A DNA stretch of 46,761 bases from an uncultured archaeon (GTDB lineage Archaea; Altiarchaeota; Altiarchaeia; JAFGQM01), in assembly GCA_964619365.1 (NCBI GenBank), contig CAZUDQ010000011.1:1-46761 (forward strand), in the 5' to 3' direction. A program made the position numbers and the translations under genes. The notes under the pieces are model-generated. The model saw only the letters and a list, made by a program, of their open reading frames with translations, did no database searches and was not told the DNA's origin. Shown here piece after piece: positions 28,618 to 36,970 of the stretch (position 1 is the first letter of the stretch; each line of letters starts with the position of its first letter).

Positions 28618-31503
28618 ATGAACAGAACAATGTACCAAAAGAGTCTTTTTGGAATATGTATGGTTTTTGCACTAGTGCTGGTTTCTGGCGCTATGGCTAC
28701 CCCCTCAATAGATATAATATCACCTATAAACGACTTGAATACCACAAATACCTCAGTTTTAATAAACGTCTCGATTGACGAAGACGACTTAAAGGAGCTT
28801 AGCTTTGATTGGGACGGGGATTTAACAACAATTACAGTTTCCTCAAGCGGCACGCCCAAGCTTGCATCATATGACTCAGGATATTCTAATACACAGGGCC
28901 AGGACAACTGGTACTATGAGTATTATGACGGAGACTTTAACAATCTGACTTGGAACGCCAACATAAACGGCTGGACTGAAGACAATTCTTGCGTTGATGA
29001 ACCAGACTGCGAATTCATGTTAGTTTATGGTGACCGCGTTCATCCCAGATATGATTCCGATGCAGTGATTGCTTGGAAATCGGATTTTGATGGTAAGGTA
29101 CTTGTTAATATTACTTTCTCAGATGCGGGCGGCACTTGCTGGAAAGATGGTGTGACTGCAAAGCTCCTGCTTAATGACAATGTCCTTTTTTCAGAGGATT
29201 ATCCTGAAGAGTTTAGTTCAACAAACATACTTTCATTTAACGGCACTCCTGAAAATGGTGACCCTGTAGAATCTTCAATCTCAGAAGATGTTATTGTCTG
29301 TGAGGCAAACGTCTCAGCTCTAAAAGTAAACATGACAGTATACACAGCAAGCCAGGGTGGAATTGTAAGCTACGAAGTAAACGTCACAAACACAGGCTAT
29401 GTCAGTTTAAATGATGTCACTGTAGTTGATTACCTACCAGATAAATTGTTCTTCAATGCCACAAACTCTACCATCACACCGCAGATTAACTTAACTGCAA
29501 ATACCCTTACTTGGGAGATTGGAACGCTTTCTTCCGGAGAAACCTGGTTAATTTCACTTGACACAAAAGTCGTTGAGGGAATAGACGGGTGCATCCCGCA
29601 AACAAATATCCTGGGCGTAAACGGAACTCCAGACAACGGCGATCCCGTTTATAGCATGGTTTCAGTGACACTTGACGTATGTGAAGCAAACATTTCCGCC
29701 TTAAAGGTGAATATGACAAGCCACATTGCAAGCCAGGGTGGTATTGTCAGCTACGAGATGAATGTTACAAACACAGGTAATGTGACTTTATATGATGTTA
29801 TGGTGGTTGATCAGTTACCAAGTGATTTGACATTCAACTCGAGTAATCCGATTCCACAAATAAATTCCAGCACAAACACACTTACCTGGAACGCGGGCGA
29901 CCTTAGTCCAGGCGAAGTCTGGAGTGTTTTGCTTGACACTAAAGTAGCAGACGGCATTGTTGCTTGTATCAACGAAACAAACCTCTTAACAGTCAATGGG
30001 ACGCCTCTAAACGGCGACCCCGTTTATAGCAGCGATTCGATTACTCTTGAAGTCTGCGAGGCAAACATGTCTGCGATTAAAGCTGACATAACCGCATACC
30101 AGGCAAGCCAGGGTGGTATTGTAACCTATGAGATAAATGTCACAAACTCTGGATATGTCGACCTTTATAATCTTACAATGGTTGATTACCTGCCTGATGA
30201 ACTCTTGTTCGAGTCAGCAAATATCACTCCAGACATCAACTCAAGTTCAAAGAACCTTACTTGGTATCTGACGTCTCTTGCTCCAGGCGAAGTTTGGCAG
30301 CTTTCACTCGACACAAAGGTAATCCCTGGCATTGAAGGATGTTTACTTGAGACAAACTTCCTTACGTTTAATGCAACGCCTGCAAACGGAGATTCCGTGG
30401 GTGCAAACATATCAGTCAATACCACGATTTGTGAGGCAAATGTCAGCTCGATAAAGCTTGATGTCACACCTTCACCTCCAGCACCTGGCGGATGGCTTTG
30501 GTACGAGATAAACGTCACAAACAATGGTGATATTCCCTTAAGTCAAGTTATCCTAATTGATTACCTGCCAAATGGAACTTACCTAGACTCCACTTCACAC
30601 AATGGAACACTGCAGGCTGATAACACTACCATACTTTGGAATCTTGGAGTGCTTAACGCAAGTGAATCAGTAATAGTAGAGCTTAATATAACAGTCGACA
30701 TGAACGCGACAAATGGTACACTCCTTAGAAACAATATTACAGTCGTTGGTGTCCCATACAACGGAGACAACGTGACTGACGCGTCAACAACAGTCGTTGG
30801 TGTTCACGTTCCAGCAGTAGACATACAAAAGACAGCATCAAGCGTGCGCATTTACACTAAGGAAAAGGTCACTTATACGATAAAGGTGACAAACACAGGA
30901 TGGCTTAACTTCACATGGATGTATGTCGAGGACAAGATTCCTGCGGGAATGACTTTTATCTCGGCAAACAATAACGCAACAGTTAATGGGTCTACAATCT
31001 GGTGGAATTTATCAGACGTCACAATCGGCGAGTCTGTTACATTTAAGGTGATACTGAAGTCAAAGACAGTTGGTACAAAGACAAATGCCGCCCTGGCTTT
31101 AGCGCTTCCGACAAATGGTCCTAGAATAAACGCAACAGTGTCTAAGGACATACTTGTGATAAACAGGCCGACAACTGGCGGTGGCGGCTCAGGCATGCTT
31201 CTCTTTGGACCGGCAGCAGCTCCTTCACCACAGCCTTCACCACAGCCAGCACAGCAGCCAAATAACCCAAGCTCAGGTGATTCCGGAACGCCGGATTCAG
31301 GTACTGGAGATAACACCCCCCCGGGCGCACCAAGTCTGACACCTAGCTCAAATCCTGGTCCAACAGGTGCAGCAGTAAGTGGAGACTCAGGACTGCTTTG
31401 GATAGTCGGTTTCTTACTTATCATAGGTATCCTTGGAGCAACCTTCTTTTTCTACGGTACGAAAAAAGGAAAAACTTATCGCGAAAAAGCGCGAGAGGAA
31501 TAA
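28618..31503 (+). CDS. DUF11-type (five repeats) glycoprotein-like surface protein with Pro-rich linker and C-terminal TM
   Basis: GGIVSYE.NVTNTG...L..V.VVDYLP-type units x5; dense N-x-S/T sequons; PSPQPSPQPAQQP linker; PTGAAV; TM. Confidence 0.88.
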   Translation: MNRTMYQKSLFGICMVFALVLVSGAMATPSIDIISPINDLNTTNTSVLINVSIDEDDLKELSFDWDGDLTTITVSSSGTPKLASYDSGYSNTQGQDNWYYEYYDGDFNNLTWNANINGWTEDNSCVDEPDCEFMLVYGDRVHPRYDSDAVIAWKSDFDGKVLVNITFSDAGGTCWKDGVTAKLLLNDNVLFSEDYPEEFSSTNILSFNGTPENGDPVESSISEDVIVCEANVSALKVNMTVYTASQGGIVSYEVNVTNTGYVSLNDVTVVDYLPDKLFFNATNSTITPQINLTANTLTWEIGTLSSGETWLISLDTKVVEGIDGCIPQTNILGVNGTPDNGDPVYSMVSVTLDVCEANISALKVNMTSHIASQGGIVSYEMNVTNTGNVTLYDVMVVDQLPSDLTFNSSNPIPQINSSTNTLTWNAGDLSPGEVWSVLLDTKVADGIVACINETNLLTVNGTPLNGDPVYSSDSITLEVCEANMSAIKADITAYQASQGGIVTYEINVTNSGYVDLYNLTMVDYLPDELLFESANITPDINSSSKNLTWYLTSLAPGEVWQLSLDTKVIPGIEGCLLETNFLTFNATPANGDSVGANISVNTTICEANVSSIKLDVTPSPPAPGGWLWYEINVTNNGDIPLSQVILIDYLPNGTYLDSTSHNGTLQADNTTILWNLGVLNASESVIVELNITVDMNATNGTLLRNNITVVGVPYNGDNVTDASTTVVGVHVPAVDIQKTASSVRIYTKEKVTYTIKVTNTGWLNFTWMYVEDKIPAGMTFISANNNATVNGSTIWWNLSDVTIGESVTFKVILKSKTVGTKTNAALALALPTNGPRINATVSKDILVINRPTTGGGGSGMLLFGPAAAPSPQPSPQPAQQPNNPSSGDSGTPDSGTGDNTPPGAPSLTPSSNPGPTGAAVSGDSGLLWIVGFLLIIGILGATFFFYGTKKGKTYREKAREE

Positions 31504-31544
31504 GCCTTTTTTAAGTTCCGTTTTTCAAAATAGCCGAAAAAGAA

Positions 31545-32033
31545 ATGGCAGAGAAAAAAGAGCGTCCTGAAGGAATATTAGTTGTTAAAGGGAGTGATAA
31601 GAAAGCAGATTCCGCCTTAAGGCAGGGTGGTATTGCAGCAACATTCTTTATAGAATCGCATGGCAACGACCAGGAAGCAGTTGCCGAGGGATTAAAAAAT
31701 ACTCTTCTAAAGGACCTTAAGGCCGAAGACGGTGTTACTTTAAGAATTGTCAATTTTCACCCCGTTGTTGAAAAAGAAGAGCTTTATTCAGGGTTTGTTG
31801 AATGCGATTTTGTCGCGCGTGACCCCCAGGTGCTATTGTATCTTGCAATACGCTTTGGTCCATCAGCAGTTGAAGTAACTTCACCCGATGAGATAAAAGT
31901 GACTGCAGCTGAGATGCAGAATATGGCCGCAGACACAAGTGCTGCCGTCCAAGGCCTTATTTCCAAGGTTCTTGAGAAGATGATTCCTGAGGAAAAGACA
32001 AAGCTCTTTAAAGAGCATTTAATGCTTGACTAA
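31545..32033 (+). CDS. Conserved-looking archaeal hypothetical protein
   Basis: The pattern YSGFVECDF...RFGPSAVEV..P resembles an uncharacterised archaeal family (from memory, unverified). Confidence 0.65.
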   Translation: MAEKKERPEGILVVKGSDKKADSALRQGGIAATFFIESHGNDQEAVAEGLKNTLLKDLKAEDGVTLRIVNFHPVVEKEELYSGFVECDFVARDPQVLLYLAIRFGPSAVEVTSPDEIKVTAAEMQNMAADTSAAVQGLISKVLEKMIPEEKTKLFKEHLMLD

Positions 32034-32050
32034 ACAAAAGAGTTTCCTTT

Positions 32051-33313
32051 TTAGAAAAGCTCATCAGGCTTAAGGATTATTGTTTGGCTTCTTTTTGGGC
32101 CTATTGATAGTATTGATACGGGAACGCCAGCTAGTTCTTCAATTCGTTTTACATACGATTGAGCTTCTCCCGGCAAGTCGCCAAAGGAGGTCGCACCCGA
32201 CATGTCAATTCCCTTCCAACCGGGCATTTCTTCATAAATTGGCTTTGCAGCCTTAATTTTTTCTAGCTCCTGCGGGAAATCACGGGTTTCTTCCCCGTTG
32301 ATATCATATGCGACACACAGTTTTACCTTATCAAAATCAGGGAAGCAGTCAAGCTTTGTTAAGGCAAGCGAACTAAGTCCGTTAACTCTGCTTGCGTATC
32401 TTGCAATCACACCGTCAAACCAGCCCGTTCTTCTGGCACGACCAGTTGTTGTACCGTATTCGCTGCCACACTTCCTTAAGACTTTTCCTGCGTTGTATTC
32501 GTCTCCAGCGTTAGCTGAATTGATTTCTTCTCTTGTTATCGGGCTTTTTGAATCTTCATCCATTGTGGATTCATCAGTCCCAAGTTCTGTTGGGAATGGT
32601 CCGCGACCGACACGAGTAGTATAAGCCTTGATTATCCCGATGACTGAGTCTATTTTTGTAGGCCCTATTCCAAGTCCGGTACATACGCCTCCTGCTGTTG
32701 GGTTTGAAGACGTGACAAAAGGATAGGTCCCGTGGTCAATATCCAGAAGGGTGCCTTGTGCGCCCTCTACAAGTATGTTCTTATTTGCCTCTATTGCCTC
32801 GTTAAGATTGACATAGGTGTCAGCAACAAAAGGTGCAAGGGTCTTTGCATCTGAACTCTCACCTTTGACAAAATCAGACATACGAGTTCCCGTGCGTTCA
32901 ATTTTTGCCATGTAACATGGACCTATACCACGACCAGTAGTCCCGACTTTCTTTCCTGTTTTTTGGTCTTGTTTTATTTGCTCTTTTGTTATGACATGCG
33001 CGCAAGAACTTATCAGGAGGTCGTTTGGGGAAAAATCAAAGCCACGTTCCTTGAGGCCTGAAATCTCCTTTATTATCTGAGGTGGGTAAATCACCATTCC
33101 ATTTCCACACACTGAAAGCTTATCGCTGTGGATAACACCAGACGGGAGTATATGAAATTTAAAAGTCTCGTTTCCAACAATTACAGTGTGTCCTGCGTTA
33201 TTGCCGCCAGTTGCGCGTGCGACAACATCAGCACCTTCTGCTAAGAAGTCAACTATTTTACCTTTACCCTCATCGCCCCATTGTGCGCCGATTGCTGCAA
33301 TTACCTTTCCCAT
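32051..33313 (-). CDS. purA: Adenylosuccinate synthetase
   Basis: QWGDEGKGK, GGNNAGHT, EGAQGTLLDIDHGTYPFVTSS, EYGTTTGR.RR.GWFD. Start placed at ATG 33313, downstream of a GGAGGG SD. Confidence 0.97.
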   Translation of the reverse strand: MGKVIAAIGAQWGDEGKGKIVDFLAEGADVVARATGGNNAGHTVIVGNETFKFHILPSGVIHSDKLSVCGNGMVIYPPQIIKEISGLKERGFDFSPNDLLISSCAHVITKEQIKQDQKTGKKVGTTGRGIGPCYMAKIERTGTRMSDFVKGESSDAKTLAPFVADTYVNLNEAIEANKNILVEGAQGTLLDIDHGTYPFVTSSNPTAGGVCTGLGIGPTKIDSVIGIIKAYTTRVGRGPFPTELGTDESTMDEDSKSPITREEINSANAGDEYNAGKVLRKCGSEYGTTTGRARRTGWFDGVIARYASRVNGLSSLALTKLDCFPDFDKVKLCVAYDINGEETRDFPQELEKIKAAKPIYEEMPGWKGIDMSGATSFGDLPGEAQSYVKRIEELAGVPVSILSIGPKRSQTIILKPDELF

Positions 33314-33340
33314 TTTTGCCCCTCCATTTAGAAGGTGCAT

Positions 33341-33390
33341 AAAAAAAAGGTGAAGGGACCCACCTCGATATGGGTGGGTGTGTTCCCTCC
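33341..33390 (-). terminator. GC-rich hairpin plus U8 tract directly upstream of purA
   Basis: Minus strand reads GGAGGG-AACAC-ACCCACC-CATATCGA-GGTGGGT-CCCTTC-ACC-TTTTTTTT. Confidence 0.6.
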
Positions 33391-33410
33391 GTTCTCCTTG
33401 CTAATGGGCG

Positions 33411-33680
33411 CTAAGCCGGGACTGCTTGTTTGCACTCTTCAAATTCATCCATAACGCGGAAGAGTTCATCGCGTTCTTTTCTTGCAGCGTTTTCGAATAC
33501 CACAACCGTTTCGCTTTTTTGACTATCCTCTATAATTTCGTCCCTGGCACGTTCGATATCTTCCTCGAATCGCTCGCATGCTTCTATTGCACGCTGTAAC
33601 ATCACATACTCGTCGCCAATTTGTCTAAGGTCACGAACTAAGTGTTCGAACCTTCCCCTTGCTGTTTTGGCTTGTTTCAT
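33411..33680 (-). CDS. Small charged helical/coiled-coil hypothetical protein
   Basis: ATG 33680 preceded by a GGGGTGG SD-like sequence; E/R/D-rich helical sequence that fills the gap between purA and the regulator. Confidence 0.65.
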   Translation of the reverse strand: MKQAKTARGRFEHLVRDLRQIGDEYVMLQRAIEACERFEEDIERARDEIIEDSQKSETVVVFENAARKERDELFRVMDEFEECKQAVPA

Positions 33681-33796
33681 TTCTACCACCCCGATAATAT
33701 CTTCAAAAGCGCCCTATATAAAGGGGGTACGTAAAGGGGTATCTAGTGTTAAAACGTACTACCATTTTTAATAGTCGTACTACTAAGTATACTACA

Positions 33797-34801
33797 ATGG
33801 AAGAGGATCTTAATGAGCTTTGCAGTTGGCTTGGGATAACTTCACAGCAGGGAAGAATCATAGAAGCATTGACTATGATTAATTCAAAGGGTGTAAAAGC
33901 AAGCCCTGTTGCGATTATTAGAAAAGAAGCCGAACTCAGGCTGGGTCCACCCATTCAAAAATCGAATTTTTTCTCACAACTAAAACATTTACAAGCCAAG
34001 GGTTTTGTTAGGAAGACAGGCAATGCCGCATACGTCGTGAATATTGAGGGTATAAGAGAATCTCTTGAATCAAGAAGAACTGCGGCAAACAATGTAATGG
34101 GAAGGATAGGAAATGAGCTTGAATACATACAAAGGAAAGGTCTGATACTTTTCCCTGAGAAAAAAGAGCTTGAGGCAACATTCTTTGAATACGATGCCAT
34201 GCAAAAAAAGATAGCAACGGCTCTTGCGACATCCTCAAAATGTTATCTGACAGGATTTTTCCCAAAGATCCTTTATGCATATTCGCCTTCACTTATGAAA
34301 CAGCCCGGCGGGCGGGCATATGCCATGAACTTATGGGATCGTTGCATACGCGAAAAAGAGCTTGAGGTTCATTACATCTCTCATTTTGACATGGACTACC
34401 TATTTGAGAAGTTAAACAGTTCATACGAATCTCCAAAACACGCTTATGAAGAAGCAAAGTCAATCCTCCAGAATCTAAAGATGCTTCTTGACGAAGTTCC
34501 AAACCTTAAGATATTCTACGTGGACACACCATATGGGGTTGACCTTTTCATACCGGACGCCGAAAACCTTGGTCAGTTATTCTTACCCATGCGAGACATG
34601 AAGCACAAGGGGCTGGGTGGTGTTTTGCTCCATTCGCCAAAGCTTGCATTAAAATTCTCAGAACTCTTTGAGGAACAGACAAAAAATTCAATAGATATGC
34701 GCTCTGAAAAAGGAAAACAGGCAATTGAATTTTTTGAGCGCAGGCTGACTGTTTTATACGAAAAGAGGCAAAAAAAATCAAAAGAAGAAGAAACTGTTTA
34801 G
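33797..34801 (+). CDS. TrmB-like transcriptional regulator (N-terminal wHTH, C-terminal effector-type domain)
   Basis: LGITSQQGRIIEAL...KSNFFSQLKHLQAKGFVRK wHTH pattern, coiled linker, alpha/beta C-terminal domain; likely start ATG 33797. Confidence 0.65.
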   Translation: MEEDLNELCSWLGITSQQGRIIEALTMINSKGVKASPVAIIRKEAELRLGPPIQKSNFFSQLKHLQAKGFVRKTGNAAYVVNIEGIRESLESRRTAANNVMGRIGNELEYIQRKGLILFPEKKELEATFFEYDAMQKKIATALATSSKCYLTGFFPKILYAYSPSLMKQPGGRAYAMNLWDRCIREKELEVHYISHFDMDYLFEKLNSSYESPKHAYEEAKSILQNLKMLLDEVPNLKIFYVDTPYGVDLFIPDAENLGQLFLPMRDMKHKGLGGVLLHSPKLALKFSELFEEQTKNSIDMRSEKGKQAIEFFERRLTVLYEKRQKKSKEEETV

Positions 34802-35733
34802 AACTTTTCCCCAGTCAACCTTTCAAAGATTCCTGCATATAATTCTTCAGTCTTTGTTTTCATTGAGTCTGAAAGAGGTGGAATCCCAACCTGTGGCGCG
34901 TCATCTTCTCTTAGTTTATCAAGGAAGTCCTTATACGAAAATTTGCAGTCTTCACATGATGGACAGCTATAAATGACATCGTTCTCATACCACTTGCGCA
35001 CAAACTCCTTTGATATCTCGACAATCTCGCCGTTTGCGTATTTTTCAGCGTCCCACCAGCGGTCTTCGTCAGCAGTTCCAAACGTATCGATTATCATAAG
35101 ATTACGATTTGCGTCCATTGCAAACTCCTTTTTACCGTCAACATGGATTAGTCCGCGCTTTCCGACCTCTCTTTGAATTATCGAGTCGACCTTAAGGCAG
35201 AGTTTTTTCATATCTTCTAGTTCAGCTTCGCTTAGGCCTGAAATCTCAAGAGCCTCTTTTATACTAAGTTTTCTGTCGACATGCTCGAACTTTGTTGTGA
35301 CTTCAAGAAGTGGGGTAGGAAGCTTCTCGCCGTATTCGGGCATATGCGAAAGACCAAAATCTTCAGGCTTATTTTTGCCCTTTTTAAGGGCGCGGTAAAG
35401 GCTCCCGGCACAATAGTGCCTTATTATTACTTCAAGCGGGATTTGATAGTTTGTCGTGTCTGAGGTCATCCTCGCATAATCATGGATGACATTAACCCGC
35501 GCGACTTTCATCTCATCGACAGCAGGCATTCCGATAAAATGGGTCTTTATCCCTTCCTTTTCCAAAAGATTGAACCAAAACGTGCTTGTGCGGCATAATG
35601 ATTCTCCCTTCCTTTTTATTTCAGATGGAATTATCTGGTCAAAAACCGATATTCTGTTTGAAAACTTAAACAAAAGCTCATCATCATTTAAAGCATATAC
35701 ATCCTTTACTTTCCCCCTATTTATAAGCTCCAT
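34798..35733 (-). CDS. purC: Phosphoribosylaminoimidazole-succinocarboxamide (SAICAR) synthase
   Basis: GKVKDVY, FSNRISVFD, IPLEVIIRHY.AGSL, VDGKKEF, DTFGTADEDRWW, SKEFVR. Confidence 0.95.
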   Translation of the reverse strand: MELINRGKVKDVYALNDDELLFKFSNRISVFDQIIPSEIKRKGESLCRTSTFWFNLLEKEGIKTHFIGMPAVDEMKVARVNVIHDYARMTSDTTNYQIPLEVIIRHYCAGSLYRALKKGKNKPEDFGLSHMPEYGEKLPTPLLEVTTKFEHVDRKLSIKEALEISGLSEAELEDMKKLCLKVDSIIQREVGKRGLIHVDGKKEFAMDANRNLMIIDTFGTADEDRWWDAEKYANGEIVEISKEFVRKWYENDVIYSCPSCEDCKFSYKDFLDKLREDDAPQVGIPPLSDSMKTKTEELYAGIFERLTGEKF

Positions 35734-35818
35734 TTTAGCAACTTTTATCCGTGGTTATTTTTACTCTAAAAACTCTTAATTTAGCAGAGGGTTTCTAAAA
35801 AGCCATCCACATAAGTAA

Positions 35819-36910
35819 ATGCCAGCCAAAAAAGCGCTATTATCACGCTATTTCAGAACAGAAGACATAGTTGCAAAGGATGACCAGCTTGAGCAAAAGC
35901 CTTCGCCAAAAGGACTTCGCACATTAAAGGAGCGCCTTGGTGTTTCTGATTGGGAGATGCTTTATGTCGGAGACGGGCATGACGATTATTCTGCGGCGTC
36001 TGGGGCCAACTGTTTTTTTTCACTCATCGCACAGGGATTAATTAAGGACACCGAAACGATTCGTGCAATGAAAACGGATTCGGAGTTTGGCGCCGATTTT
36101 CTAAAGGATGGAACGAAAAAACTCCCCAAATTCATAGTAATGTTCACTTATGACGAGCTTCTCTGGTGGCTAAAAGATAACCCCCAGTTCCTAAAGCGAT
36201 TAAAGGCAGTATGTTTTGACTTGGGCGACACCCTCATAATCGGGGGCAGAGCAGAAGCATATTCCCTGACAGATAAGGCTTGGCCAACATGGGAAGTCGA
36301 TAATCTCATACAGGAAAGAAAAGTCGATAAGAAACTCAAAAAAGCCATAGTATCACTAAGAATAGCCGACAGATGGAGGCGCTTAAGCGACCTCCCCTCA
36401 ATGAATTCGTCTGAAGCAAGGATAACATCCTTTTTCATGCTTGAACTATTTTCTTTGAGTGAAAAGAATCTGGCATCAGCACTTTATTCTGAGATGACCA
36501 AGGAAATAAAAGCACTAGCCATGGACATAGCTGAAAGTGCAGGAATCGCTCTTGCTTCAGCAGCGATTACTCCAGACGCGCGAGTTCGAGACCTTGCAGA
36601 GATTCTTGATGCCAGACAGTTTGCAGTAGTCCTTGGTGCGGCACTAACCGAAACTGTAAAACAGACAGGCAAAAACGCCCCCCCAAAGGAGGATGAGATG
36701 GCAACAGCAATCCTTGCAGCCTCTATATGGCTTGCAGACTACAGGAAGCATGAGACTGAAGCTTACAGGCGCCATTGCAAGATTCCGCGCGGGCTTCCCG
36801 AGCTTCTTGAGTTCCTAAAAAAGAAGAAAAAGCGTCTTTGCATATACACATCCAAAAGCCGGAGCGTTGTAGAAACTGCCCTTGCATATGAGAAGGATGT
36901 TGAGCAGTAA
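35819..36910 (+). CDS. HAD-superfamily hydrolase with circularly permuted motif order
   Basis: KPSP (motif III, K27) and YVGDGHDD (IV) precede FDLGDTL (I, D134) and IYTSK (II, T344). Confidence 0.8.
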   Translation: MPAKKALLSRYFRTEDIVAKDDQLEQKPSPKGLRTLKERLGVSDWEMLYVGDGHDDYSAASGANCFFSLIAQGLIKDTETIRAMKTDSEFGADFLKDGTKKLPKFIVMFTYDELLWWLKDNPQFLKRLKAVCFDLGDTLIIGGRAEAYSLTDKAWPTWEVDNLIQERKVDKKLKKAIVSLRIADRWRRLSDLPSMNSSEARITSFFMLELFSLSEKNLASALYSEMTKEIKALAMDIAESAGIALASAAITPDARVRDLAEILDARQFAVVLGAALTETVKQTGKNAPPKEDEMATAILAASIWLADYRKHETEAYRRHCKIPRGLPELLEFLKKKKKRLCIYTSKSRSVVETALAYEKDVEQ

Positions 36911-36970
36911 GTACCCAAGTACTATTTTTTTACATCACAACCTCAAATTAGCCTTGAGATAAAAGCCAAG

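Noticed and set aside
11570-31377. Reading the TG motifs as classical LPxTG sortase or PGF-CTERM signals
   Set aside because: The spacing is P-T-G rather than L-P-x-T-G, no PGF is present, one copy follows an N-terminal anchor, and no sortase or archaeosortase is visible here.
3-31503. Provirus or mobile island as the origin of the surface-gene array
   Set aside because: No integrase, transposase, capsid, terminase or att-like flanks were seen, and a core ribosomal protein gene is embedded in the array.
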